Below are positions 37,496-51,424 of a stretch of 64,000 nucleotides of DNA, one piece after another; position 1 is the first letter of the stretch; every line of letters starts with the position of its first letter. The position numbers and the translations under genes are program-made. A model generated the notes under the pieces. It was not told the DNA's origin. It worked only from the letters and a program-made list of their open reading frames with translations, and did no database searches. Source of the stretch: the human T2T-CHM13v2.0 reference genome, Homo sapiens; NCBI RefSeq assembly GCF_009914755.1, contig NC_060936.1, one strand, 5' to 3'.

Positions 37496-38126
37496 ATACG
37501 ATGATTATATTTAGTTATGTTTAATATCTTCATATGTGTCCCCTTCACTGGAACAAGTATCCTTCTTCAGAAGTGGCCGAGGATGTTGTCAGGTCAGGCT
37601 CTTCCAGAGAACAAAACAACAAACTGTTTAGAATAATGGAATGGGGAGCTATTCCAGAAAACTGGCTTAATTAGTCAACTCTCCTTCTCTCATGGTAGGT
37701 TGTAACATTTGCCCAGAGGAATTCCAGAATTTCTATGAACCAGTGATTTATGGATCTGATATTGACAAGAGGCTTGCCCAAGGTTTTCTTTGGCTAATGG
37801 GAACTCTCTGCGCTTTTGCGTCATGTCACACCATTAGCAGATTCTTGTTGAATGTTGTTGTGCAGTTTGGATTGTCTTTTACACTCCGGTAATCCTCAAG
37901 AGAAGAACATAACCCAGATAGCCACCTCTCTTTCAACCTTAATCTTAAAATAATACCATATATAAAAGAACTAAATCCAAAACACAGCCTGTAGACTGGA
38001 GCACCAAATTAGTGCCTGGATTTACACTACCCAGCTAAGACTATGATAAATAAACTAAAACACAACCAACCTACAACCCTGGGCAGGAGAATGAATGTTA
38101 CTGAATTCTCCTGAGTTTGAGGATAG

Positions 38127-38430
<304 letters not shown>

Positions 38431-39309
38431 GGGGGATAGTTTTTTTATAGTTTTACTGTGATAATAGCTAACCTTAAAGATCTGACAGTTAGATGAAGGG
38501 GGGACAAGAGTTAATGATATCAACAGCCCATCCATTCTATAATGGCAATATGTATGGAGTACTGCAGGAATACAAAGAAGGAGAATTAAACAAAAATGCC
38601 ACAAAGTAGGTATAAGAGCCAGAAAATGTGTTCTACAGGAGGTTAAGTCTTTATATCAGGTAGGAGATGTATCTAGTCTAATGTGCAGGAGTTGTTTTTG
38701 TTTGTTTATTTGATTCTGCCAGAACAAGGGAACAGATCAAGTAAGTCATGAAGTAATAAAGGATATGCCACATTTGATGAGCTCCAGGCAGTTCAGTTCT
38801 GCAGGAATAAAAGGGTGTCTAAGGGAGAATGAGTGGAAATAAGATTAGATAGTAAAACAGTAAACACATTATGAAGGGCCTTACATGACATGAATAGATT
38901 TCAACCTAAATCCATTTTAACAGCATTGTTCTCCCTTTTGTGAGTTATGCATGAGAGGGCTAACTCTAGAACTAAAAATCTAATAGATCAGGTATGACAC
39001 TGACAGATGAGTCACTCTTGATAAATAAGTGACTGGTATTTCAATAGCATCCTTGATAGAGTCAATGATATATATGTTTTCAGATACAGATGATTCCTCA
39101 AGTTTTTCATCACTCTGCGAAGACCACAACCTTTTTTCCTCTTTAAAATGTAGCTTGCTTGGTTCTGGAGTAATAAATGTTGCTTTAGAAAGTTGCTTTT
39201 GGAAAGCAAGGACTTTAACTTTTCCATAATTGAACTATTATAATTTCAATTAGAATTGTTGCTTAATATGTGTTCACTGACCTATTTAAAGTAATTTTCT
39301 AACTGGACA

Positions 39310-39525
39310 GCACTTCAGATAAATGTGAGTTCAAATTCTGGCTTTTCCCCCTAAGTTTACCTCTGCAAGTAATTTCCCTTTTGCCTTGGTTTCTTTACCT
39401 TTAAGAAAGAAGTATTATAATTCCTATTTTTAGGGGTGGTGAAAACCTTTCATGAAATGATGCTATAAAATGCCTAGTACAGTACCTGGCATCTAGGGGG
39501 CATTTAATTAATGGTTGCCATTATT
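39310..39525 (+). mobile_element. MIR
   Basis: GAGTTCAAATTCTGGC...TAAAATGCCTAGTACAGTACCTGGCATCTAG...CCATTATTATCAT. Confidence 0.6.
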
Positions 39526-39591
39526 ATCATTGCTGTACAAATTCTCCACTCCATTACTCTTGCTGATGCCCAAACTTGTGGAAGTTGAAGT

Positions 39592-39633
39592 CTATACAAC
39601 CATAAATGGAGGCTATACAACCATAAATGGAGG
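39592..39633 (+). repeat. Perfect 21-bp tandem duplication CTATACAACCATAAATGGAGG x2
   Basis: Read directly from the sequence. Confidence 0.95.
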
Positions 39634-40430
39634 CACATTTGTCACATCTTGTCAGGAAAGATTTAATAACATTCTAGCCAGAGATATAAGATTAGTTTGC
39701 TTCTGAAGATTTTTAATATGGTTCAGCTGTGCCACCTCTAAGGTGCTCATTAGCAATACTGTCTCATCAGTTGCTATAGGCATCACATTAAGAGACATTA
39801 TTTTTCATTCCTGCCTTTACTTCATCCTTCCTTTTGCTCTTTCATGCCCTGCATAAAAGAGAGAATTTGCTTTACTCTTAAACAATTTGATGAGAGTCCT
39901 CTCCCTCTTTGTTCTCACAGGGAAGTGAATTGGCCTTATCATATAGCAAGATAGTGCTACATTCCAAATGCTTAAGCTTAATTCACTCATTAGCGAGAAA
40001 TGTTATACCTGGAAAAAGATAATGGAAACCTAATGCATATGCTACGAAGTTTCCCAGTAGAGCATTCCTTTTAAAAAGAAATAATTAGATGAATAAATTA
40101 GATTTTAAGCACTGATCTACCTATATACTCCAAAGAATATGTAATTAGAAATGTAAGGAGTGGGACAGATATCATTGTCAGTGGAGACATTTCTATTAGA
40201 AGCCAATAAGTTTTGGCAAAATGTTAATCATCTAAAACTATTTTAAAATCTATAATTGTTACAAAGTATACATAAAGTTGATTGAGCAAGTCAATTTAGA
40301 TAAATGCATCAGATAAATAATGCTATACTTATGGACAATATATGACATACTCCAGTTTTTAAGTTAACTTGCTATTTTAAAACCATGGCAAAAGGATGGT
40401 GAAAATAATATGGCAACGAGTCATTTACAT

Positions 40431-40559
40431 TCAAGAGTATATTCTTCTTTTAAATATTAATAGGTAATGACCTAATCATCATCATATGACTACTAATAGG
40501 TAATCATCTCATCATTAGGTGATTAACTCTTAGTATTTAAAAGAAGAATATACTCTTGA
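40431..40559. repeat. Inverted repeat/hairpin: 49-bp arms, 31-nt spacer
   Basis: 40431-40479 vs the reverse complement of 40511-40559: outer 26 bp perfect, 5 mismatches overall. Confidence 0.95.
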
Positions 40560-40661
40560 TAACATGATATTTCAATGTTGTCCTAGGTGATATAGGGAAA
40601 TAGGCTATATCCTTTGTCTAGGACATAATTGAAAACAGAGAATAGTAGGTGCTTGCCATGG

Positions 40662-41037
40662 TGTATTAGTCTGTCCAGGCTCCCATAACAGAATACCACA
40701 GACTTGGGTGCCTTAAACAACAAAAAGCTACTTTTCACATTTTTGAATGCTAGAAGCTCAAGATCACATGCCAGTAGGGTTGGTTTCTGGTGAGGACTCT
40801 TCTCCTCGCTTGCGGACAGATTCCTCCTCACTGTGTCCTCACATGATCTTTTCTCTGTGTGTGCATACTCCTGGAACCTCTTTCTTTCCTTATAAAGACA
40901 CTAGTCCTATTGAATTAAGACCCTACTCTGATGACCACATTTAATGGTAATTACTCCCTATCTCCAAATACAGTCACATTGGGAGTTAGGGCTTCAACAT
41001 ATAAATTGGGGGGTGGGTACAATTTAGTCCATCAGAC
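40662..41037 (-). mobile_element. MLT1A/B-like MaLR solo LTR
   Basis: TGTATTAGTCTGTCCAGGCT...CATAACAGAATACCACAGACT...TCTCCAAATACAGTCACATTGGGAGTTAGGGCTTCAACATATAAATT. Confidence 0.8.
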
Positions 41038-42834
41038 ATGAATATTCAAAATAACCAAATAAATAAAAATAGCTTTACTTTTATTGTCTCAAGAAATTGA
41101 CATAAAAGAAAAGCTGACTGGAGAAGCATGAATGTGAATAAGATCTAAATACATACAAAAACAAAAATTAGCCACATTTGGAACAAGACATTTTACTTAC
41201 AGATGACTAAGATTTGCTGGCAAGCTGTTTATTTCACTTTTGCTTATAAAAATGATATATATTTTTAGTCGTAATAGAGTAATAAATCCTAGATTAATTC
41301 TTAGCTGTGTGAACCTCTGGGATGTCAACCTGTCCAGACATGTTCACAGATTGGTGGGATGAGTCCACAGGAATCCTATTTACATAAGGCTCTAAGGATT
41401 CTCTTGGGAGAAAACACATTCTAAGAGAAGAAGAAGTCATGGACCATAAGCTTAATCAGTGGAAAGAAAAACATCTTATCTTTTTAGAGGAAGCATATTT
41501 CAATCAGAATTATCTATCCAACTAGCCATTTATGAACATATGTTTGCAGTATATGGCATCTTTCACAAAAAAACCTACAGGTACTGAAACAGAAGCAGCA
41601 CTTATTTACTCTATCCAAGTGTTACAAATAATTGGAAAATAAGCACTTTCTTCCCATTTCTTAACACTCGACTATATAGCTTTAGCGTCAACAGGACTCC
41701 AGAATATCTGTCATGGGATGGTAATGTCCAGCATATAGTAGGAATCAGTGGTCATCCGGAGACAATAGAGAAAACCATGATAACTTTGGAAAAGGTGAGT
41801 ACCTGGTATAATTCCTAATAATATCCAGTGGCAATGGAAATTGTTCTCAGCACAAGGGCCAGCATATCTTAGCAAATTCTGATATCAGCAGTTGTGATCT
41901 CAGAGGAGGAGAAATAAAATCACAGTTGTCAATGGTAAATAATTTCAGACACCTGTAGTTGGCATAACCAAATGTCACAGTTTGTCAGAGACAGTTCTCA
42001 TTATACCTAATTGACAGGGTACTTATTAATATACACCATTGCAGTTTTCAGTCTCTCCTATTCTACTTAAAATTATTTTTAACTAATCCTATGAATAGAA
42101 AAATTTGGAATCTGGAGCAGTGCCTTGAAAGGTAAGAATAGAGTGAGTTAAATTAAATTGTACTTTATTAAATTACTGCATCAAATATTGTATTTTACTG
42201 TAGTTTACGTACTAAAAAATGTAAGGCACTCTCAGCCACGTAACTGGATGATTAGTAACTTCTGCTAAAAATGACAATGGTAAAACAGAAATTTCTATAG
42301 TTGCATGATTACTTTATGTACCTATCTGAGCTAACATGCTTTCCTACAGAAACTTCAGTTCTAGTGTATTTCTGTATTTGGATCTGTTAAGGAAGGCATT
42401 ATCCATATTTATCTGGAGGAGGGGGAGTGTAACAATAATTGGAGTCAGCACTGTTCACTGGACAAAAGTCAGTGCTGTTTACTGCTCATTTCCATGGGTT
42501 AGCTCTGGGAACATCAGTTAGAAACTTGACTCCAGAAAAAAGATGGAGAGGACATCAGACACTCCAGATAAAATGAGAATTAAAAGATTCCTTTATTACT
42601 TTAGATTCATGGCAGGAATGTAGGGTCCAGATTGATTTTATTTCTGAGAATAACTTCTTAGTAGACTAGCTTAAAAAATTAAAGGTACAAGTTATATCGT
42701 ATCTGGGAAATCTGATTGCAAATGAAGTTTCACTAGAATCACATTTATACCTGGCACCTACCACTATTACCTGGCACTAGACTTTTTCTGTAAATATCAA
42801 ATAAATTGAGTGTTTATGCAGTATTAAGCCTTAG

Positions 42835-43053
42835 ATTAGTCTTTTAACCTCAGCAATACTGACATTTAGAACTGATCATTCTTTTTGTAAGGAGCTATCC
42901 TATACATTTCAGGATTTTTAGCAGCATCCTCAACCTGTATGCACGATACAATAGTACAACCTTCTACCCCCACAATATTTCTGGATAGTGTCACATCTAC
43001 CTAAGGCAGGGAGGATGGAAAGGAGAAATTTGCCCCATGTTGAGAAACACTGA
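42835..43053. mobile_element. MER20-like hAT DNA transposon
   Basis: AACCTCAGCAATACTGACATTT...TTTAGCAGCATCCTC...GTTGAGAAACACTG. Confidence 0.65.
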
Positions 43054-44199
43054 CTTAGAATAACATCATGAATTTCTTGAAATGGGACTCCATGTACATG
43101 TTATCATGGAAGCAAAATTTAGAAGTCACATTTAACCTCACTTGTATAGACACAGCCTCACTGTCTGGGCTTAAAGCCAGAATTAGAATTGAGTATCTCC
43201 CAATTCCCTAAGACAATCAGGAAACACATTTTTCTACCTCCCTTCTCTCTAGCCTGACACCATTTCTTTTGGACAATTAAACTACAGTACTTTAGGCTCC
43301 TTAGAGGAAAGCTGCTGCGTAAATGCAAAGTAATAATGGATAGTGGCTGGCCAACTAAATGAAAGAAACTATACTAAAAAGCTAACTATCTAAATTAAGA
43401 AGTCCATGCTCACGAATGAATATTCATGGACATATTTTCATACTAAGATACTGAAGTAATATTAGACTCCTGCTAGCAGATTAATTTGAAACTGAGAAAG
43501 ACATCTATTTTTGAAACTAGAAACATTGATCTTGTGATGATGATCTATAACAATAACTGCATTTCTCCCACAGAAGGTGAATGATATAATAATTTTAAAA
43601 TGATGAATGCTGATCATGTGGAGATATGCTTATTAATTTGACTTGTTTTAATGGAATTTTTCCCCAAGGGTTCCGGCAGTAGGCAACAAACTTATCATAT
43701 ATAAGAAATGGTTGTTCTTACTATTACTTTTATCACAGAAAATGCAATCACTGACTATACTTCAGCACCATCATAAATATTCAAATAGTAGTATCTTGCT
43801 GCCCAGTGGGAATTTGAGAGGTTGGTGATGAAATACACATTGTTGAATGGAAAGTTTCATTAATTCCAAGGAGAAAGAATAATTGTTATGTCTCCCCTGA
43901 AAAGAACCCTATTTAATTAATTGTTGAATTGTAGGCTTGCTTTCACTATGAAAGGTAAATGGGATAAGTAGTTAATTATAGTATAAATTTATCTAGTTAA
44001 TTTATTTGATAATCTACCTGAGTTGAATACCTGACTTAAGGCTAATATCTTAATTCTGATGAAATCTAATAATAAATAACATTAATTTGGAAAAAAGGGC
44101 TAAGTGAGCTCTTAAGTATTTCTCCTATGTCTACCAGTCCTCTAGCTCCCCATCACTCATATGTTCTTTTTTCCAATCATTGAGCCTGTCTGACTTGAT

Positions 44200-44570
44200 C
44201 ACATACCAGACTCTTCACCTTACTTATTCATTTACTTGTACTAATCATTTAGCTTGGAAGACCACAAACCATTTTTAATAATCTTTTATTCATCCTTTAA
44301 AATTCAGTGCCCTAGATTTTATTTCCTCTCTGAAATCTTACCTCTACTCTCTTAAGTAAATTGAGTCTCTCCTCCAGTGGCTTGCTCCTACCTTTGTTCT
44401 CTCAGCCACCTCATCGTAAAGCAGTTTATCAGGTCATAACTTGCCCCTCTGAGAATTTGAGCTCTTTAAGGGAAGGACACCATCTTTTGCTGACATTTGC
44501 TTACTTAATACAGTAAATTCATAGAGCAGATGCCACACAGATATTTGTTGAATAAATGATTGAATTAATT
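44200..44570 (+). mobile_element. L2 3' fragment
   Basis: TTTGAGCTCTTTAAGGGAAGGAC...ATATTTGTTGAATAAATGATTGAAT L2 tail. Confidence 0.55.
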
Positions 44571-45299
44571 TAAAATACTATATAGTTTAAATTTACTTTT
44601 GCAGAATATATTTGAAATTAACATATATATTTATTTACTTGTTTCTTATTTGTATTCTTTGTCCTCTAGCTGCAACACTATCCTCTCTGTGTTTCTGGAG
44701 GGGCAAAAACCTTGTCTTTCTTTTACTTTATCGATATTTTCATTCTCACACCAAGCAGTTGCACAATACATATTTATTAGAGGCGACAATCACATAGTAT
44801 GATCTTGATAATACTGTGCAATGGGTAGCTCATTTACAAATAAACTAAGCCTTTCCTCACAGAGGACACTTTGGTAATACTTTCAATGCCTGTTACTATA
44901 CTGGGACTCTGCAAACGTTTTGTAAATAAACTAACAGAGTGATTTGGACTGAAGTCTACTCATGGATTTTTTTGATGTAATTATTACAAAAATGCCCTGT
45001 AGCAAAATGCATGTTATTATTTGAAGGCATGAGACAATGTGGGGCAAAAGAATATGTATAGGCTGAAGAAAAACAATTATTTGGTCCAAGTGCAACCAGA
45101 GGTATTTAGGAGAAGAAAGTACTGATAGACAAGAAGGGTTGAAGTTAAGAGTGAAGGAGAAGATGATAGATGATAAGCTGTTGGATGGAAGGGGAAGGAA
45201 TTAGGACAAAAACACAGGTGAAGTTTTGAATCTGAAAAAGAAGAGAGTGAAGCCATCTAAAACAATGTATACCCTCTTCCTGGGTATTCTATTTGTCTT

Positions 45300-45725
45300 A
45301 TGTTAAAGGTCAGTCTTTAAACAAACCCTGCAGGGCCCTCCATTATGTAGCTCCAGCCTGGCTATATGCTTCAGTCTATCATGTCCTGAACTTCATCTAC
45401 GTGACCCTTCTTGAGTTCTTAAATGTCCTCAGGGTCTTCACTCATGCTGTTCTCTTTGCTGGTAACCATCATCCTCATCTTCCTTTACTCTTCTATCCAG
45501 TTCTAGCCTTAGATGACACATCAAGAAAAATTTTTCTAACTTTTTACACCAGGTTAGAAATTAGCAAATTACAGATACCTTAAAAGTTATTATATATTAA
45601 TATCTGCCTTTCCCGCTGGACTATAATTCCATGCTTTCAGACACAGAATCTGTATTTTTTGCCATTATATCTCCAACTCCCAGCACGGTATTGGATGTAA
45701 ATTTTTTGTTGAATTGATGTATAAA
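45300..45725 (+). mobile_element. L2 3' fragment
   Basis: CAGGGTCTTCACTCATGCTGTTC...TATCTCCAACTCCCAGCACGG...TTTGTTGAATTGATG. Confidence 0.55.
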
Positions 45726-45795
45726 CATTGTGGTTGGATGAGAAAGAATGAAACATAAAGTAATCTAGAGATATTTATTGGGAGAAAAAAAAGCA

Positions 45796-46128
<333 letters not shown>

Positions 46129-46249
46129 TTAGATATGTTCTTTTTCTTCATGGTGAAATACCAGGGCAGAGTTAAAATTTTCAGGAAAATAAAATGATTT
46201 CAAAACAGGCAAGGGAGCATATTCAATATGCTCAATTTAGGTTTTTTCT

Positions 46250-48875
46250 TTCAAGGTGGCTGACTAGGACACTGCATGCCAGTTCCCCTGAGAAAAACGA
46301 TCAAGGTTACTGGTTAATAGTCATCTGAATGGCTAACTGAGGGAGGAGACCCAGGACCTGTTGGAGTGCCCACAGGAAGAAGCTAGAGCCAGAAAAGGGA
46401 AGCAGTCGGTCTGGCAGAGATGGAACCGCAAGGAACTTGGAGCCTTGCAGAAAGGGTAGGTGGGAGTGCTTCCCTGCTCCCCCTATTGCCATGACAATCT
46501 GTTGACTGCCAAACTGTTGAGTCCCTCTGCTCTCCTGATCAGGACAAGGATGTTGGTAGAGATTTGGGAACGTCCTGGGGACAGAGAACTAGGTAGCCAG
46601 CTCATGTAGGTGAGCCCACACTCCCCTCAGGCCTGAACTGAGACAGCAGGTGCCATATTGGTCATGCACTTATGGTGGGCCACTGTCCTGCCTGGGGAAC
46701 CTCAGTCCTTGAGTCACTGTGCCACCGATTCCCCCCGCCCCCCTACAAACGTACACTACAAACCATTCTGACTTTGGCAAGCACAGGGGACTGGCAGGTC
46801 CCTGGGGAGCTGCAAGAGCCCTGTATATATAACCCTTGGTGTGGGCTGTCCCTAATGGGGGGTGCAGCATAACTCAACAGAGTCCCCTTAAGAGAAAGGA
46901 AATGTGGGTGCAGTAGATTGAAATTATATCCAGCTTCATGTCAGATCTCAGGGGAATAAAATTAGAAATCAAGACCAAGAGGAACAAACACAAAGCTTGC
47001 CGAAGAAAAGAAATACCAAAGATCAAAGCAGAACTAAATGAGATTGAGACCAAAAACATTGTAGAAAGGACCAAAGGAATGAAAAGCTGGTTATTTGAGA
47101 GTGTTAACAAAACTGATAGACTGCTTGTTAGATTAACCATGAAAAAAGAGGTAAGACTCAAGAACAGTCAGAAATGACAAAGATGACATAACAATTGATA
47201 CCACAGAAATACAAAATATCCAGAGATATTTTGACTATGAACATCTATATACATACAAACTAGAACCTCTATAACAGTCATATTCATGACTATGAATATC
47301 TATATATGTACAAACTAAAGAAATTGATATGTTCCTGAAAACACACAAAATCCCAAGATTGAATGAAAAAGAAATTGAAATCCTAAACCGCTCAATACCG
47401 AGTTATGAAATTCAATCAGTAATATAAAACCTACCAATCAAAAAAAGCCCTAGATGAGACAGATTCCCAGCTGTATTATACCAGATGTATGAAGAACAGC
47501 TGGTTCCAACCTTACTGAAACTATTTCAAAAAATCAAGGAGGCAAGACTACTCCCTAACTCATTTTACAAAACCAGTCCTGATACCAAAATTTGGCAAGG
47601 AAACAGCAAAATAAGAAAACTCTAGGCCAATACTCCCAATGGTGGAAATAAAAATCTTAAAAAAAAAAAAGATTAGCAAAGATTAGCAAACCAAATCAAG
47701 CAGAACATCAAATAGATAATTTATCACAATCAAGTGGGTTTTATTCTTGGGATGCAATGATGGTTCAACATATGCAAATCAATAAATGTGATTCACCACA
47801 TAAAGAAAATAAAAACAAAAACTTTATGATCATTTTCACAGATGCACAAAAAGCATTTGATAAAATCCCAAATCTTTCATAATAAAAACCCTTAACACAC
47901 AACTCATTAAAGGAGCTGATATGGTTTGGCTCTATCTCCCCACCCAATTCTCACCTCAAATTGTAATCATCATGTGTCAGGAGAGGAGCCTGGTGGGAGG
48001 TTACTGGAGCATAGGGGCTGATTTCCCCCTTGCTGTTCTCTTGATAGTGAGTGAATTCTCATGAGATCTGATTGTTTAAAAGTGTGTGACACCTCCCCTT
48101 TCTCTCTCTCTCTCTCCTGATCTGTAGTAAGACATAATTGCTTCGCCTTCATTTTCTGCCATGATTGTAGGTTTCCTGAGGCCTCCCAGTCATACTTTCT
48201 GTTAAGCCTGCAGAACTGTGAGTCAATTAAATCCCTTTCCTTTATAAATTACCCAGTCTTGGGCAGTTCTTTATAGCAATGTGAGAATGGACTAATACAA
48301 ATCCCTAAGAAAAACAATATGGAGATTTTTCAAGAACTAAATATAGAACTACCATTCAACCCAGCAATCTCACTACTGGGTATATACCCAAAAGTAAAAG
48401 CCATCACTATATAAAAGAGACACTTGCCCTTGTATCTTTATATCAGCACTATTTGCAGTATTCAAGTCATGGAATCAACCTAGGTCTCCATCAAGGTGGA
48501 CTTAAGAAAACGCATTATATATGTACCAGGGAACACTCACTGCAACGAAAAAGAATGAAATAACGTCCTTCGTAGCAACATGGATGCAGCTAGAGGCCAT
48601 TGATCTTAGCTAATTAACACATAAACAGAAAACCAAATACAGCATGTTCTCACTTATAAGTGGGAGTTAATCAATGGGTACATGATAAACATAGAAATAA
48701 TAGACATTGGGGACTGCTAGAGTTGGGAGGGAGAGTGGGGGTGGGGGGCTGAGGATTAAAAAACTACTTGTTGGGTACTGTATGAGTTCACTAGAAGCCC
48801 AAATCATAACATTACACAATATATCCATGTAACAACCCTGCATATGTACCCCATGAATCTTTAAGAAAAAAAAAT
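46250..48875 (+). mobile_element. Internally deleted old primate L1 (L1PB/L1PA16-like): 5'UTR ~46250-46915, ORF2 pieces ~46916-47915, 3' end ~48310-48875
   Basis: CAAGGTGGCTGACTAG start; ORF2-like translation at 46938-47177; L1PB-like 3'UTR; ORF1 absent. Confidence 0.7.
47917..48299 (+). mobile_element. MSTA-like MaLR solo LTR
   Basis: TGATATGGTTTGGCTCT...GATAGTGAGTGAATTCTCATGAGATCTG...ATAAATTACCCAGTCT...GGACTAATACA. Confidence 0.88.
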
Positions 48876-50745
48876 GTATGGTAAAAAACAACTCAATTAA
48901 AACTCATGGATTAGCAAACAAAACATTAAGAAATCTGACAATGCCAGTGAAGCTCTTCAAGTTCTTCCTTGCCACATTAGGACACACTCTGGTCTAACTT
49001 TTACAGATGAACTCTCTAAGCAATATAAAGAGAAAATGAAACACTTCCACAGTAGTGATTATTATATTCTTATAATTAAAAAGCTGATGCTACATTTTTC
49101 AGTGGATCATGTGCCACTTAAAGTTCTAATTTGTTAACTATCAGCAGTCTTGACTGAAAATATGTATTCTACTAAAAGTATTCCATAGATCAGTACTCCC
49201 CATTATCTTTCTGTTGGTCAATTCTATATAATAGTTTAAATGGCCTGTTAATAATGAGGTTGATCCTTTTCCAACTATCTCTTACTTCTTTAATTAATTC
49301 TCTGGTGGCCCCTGGTTAGGAAGGATGGATCACAAAACAACTGCTGATTTTTTTTTATTACTCAACCCAAGATTTTTTAAATCAATTGACAGATAATCAT
49401 GAGAAATCATGCACACTTTAATGTGGTAAAATGCTAACATCCAATTTATAAAGACATCTGACACAAAACAGTGTATCTACATTTACACTACCTAACCTTT
49501 TAGGACCTGAAATAAATCAAGTTTTAACTAAACCTAAATTGTAGGAGGTAGAAAATACATATAAATAAGATATTCACATCCTCTTATAATCTTTCAATGT
49601 GTTTGCTTTATGTCCAGCTGATAAGAAATAATTAAAATGTAAAGTTGTATGGTTTACTCGTATTAGGTGATTAGTATATTTCTATTTAATTGCATATAAC
49701 ATGTACAGAACTTCTAGAAATTACCATGAGTATAATTTTATCCAAATATTATAATTCCAGTTGTTGCTAAATTTCTAGTTGTTGCTAATTTAAGACTGTA
49801 TTAATTAAAGCTGATAAAATAATAAAAACTTTTTTCACTTACTTCACTGGTGGCATATTGATTTTTCTAATAGACTCTAAAGATGCCAGCAGTGACTTCT
49901 GGGATACATTTTTGCAACTTCATATTTCACCCTGATTTTGAGACAGAATTATGATGCAGGCAGGCCAGAGCCTTAAGTGCTAATTTTTTATAAAATAGGG
50001 TCATATAAATAGACAACAGTTTTGTGCCTTGCTAATCAATAGGAATATTTTATTACTAACATATATTTTCTTTCATAAGTACACATTTGTAAATGTTCAA
50101 AGTATTATCTGAACAGAATCACCTGCATAGCCCCCATATCCCATACCCCCATAGCCATTAGTATCTTTTTCACTTTTGTCTTCCTTCCTTTTTTTCTCTC
50201 TCTCAAGTCCTGTTGTCCTACTATAGTCTTCAAAAAACAAAGTTTCAGTTTCTTACGCATATACTTTTTGGAAACACATAAGAGCAAGCAGACTATACCC
50301 TTGTGGCAGAAGAGAAAGCCAACTCCAACACGTATCTACATGTCTTTAAAAGAAGACCAAATTAATTTTAACTAAGACTTTCTTCCTATCAGAGTATTAC
50401 TCAAAACATGCCCCACAGACCACATGGAGAATCAGAATCACATGGAGTAATTCCTAAAATTGTTATTTTTTGGTCTCACTCAGAATTAGAATCACTTGGA
50501 AGACAAGCATTTGAATCTGATATTCCAGGTGAATTTTTGGCAACTAAGTTGGAAAAATCACCAAAGATACGTTTTTTAATAAAAGCATTTCTTTCTAAAT
50601 ACAAATGTGTTCCTGAGATGTAAAATATAAGTCCAAGGGCATATTTTTAAAATATTCTTTTTCTAAAGTAGTGTATCTTTTTGCATTACAGATAGTAGAT
50701 CTGTGACAGTACAAAGAAAATCAAAAAGCACTGCTACTTTAGGGT

Positions 50746-51309
50746 AATAAAGGGGATCACACTATGCCGCTACAAAACATGTTACTTTGGCATAAGCATC
50801 GTTTTGAACTGAAGGCCATTGAGAAACATCAGATACAGCAAAAGCTCTCTACCTGCCCCTATACTACCTAAAAGCAGGGTATTACTTTCCCTTTGTGAAG
50901 ATTTCCACCCCAATCCACCTTCGCCCAGATCAGGAAGATAATAACAACTATTCATCATTGAAGATCCTCTTATCATCCTGGAGACTACATGAGACTGAGT
51001 CTGCATAACAAACTTTACTAAAATAACTTATTTTTCATTTGTTTCCCCCATATATTTACCTTCCCATAATTTATCATCCCCAGAAGACCAGCCCCCTTTG
51101 TCTTGTGACTGCTCCACAATTTATTGCTCTTTGCCAAATGATAATTAAGTCCCAAGGTCTAACTTATTTTTTGGATGTTCACTTCTTTTTTTATGAAGGC
51201 TTCCATACAGATAGATAATAAACCTTTTCTCCAGTTCATCAGTTTAATATGCAGCATTCTTTTTATATAATTTAAGAGCATAAATGAAATTTTTGTTTTC
51301 CTTTCTACA
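50746..51309 (+). mobile_element. MER34-family ERV1 solo LTR
   Basis: CTTTGGCATAAGCATCGTTTTGAACTGAAGGCCATTGAGAAAC...AAAGCTCTCTACC; AATAAA near 51216; ends CTACA. Confidence 0.65.
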
Positions 51310-51424
51310 GTGGAATGTCAGAATTGGGAAAACATTGGCAGAGTTACATGTGACTTCCTATCAACAACTGTAGCAATTTTGTAGCTTGTTAAAGTTTTTA
51401 CAAGTGCACACATTTTGATGTCTT

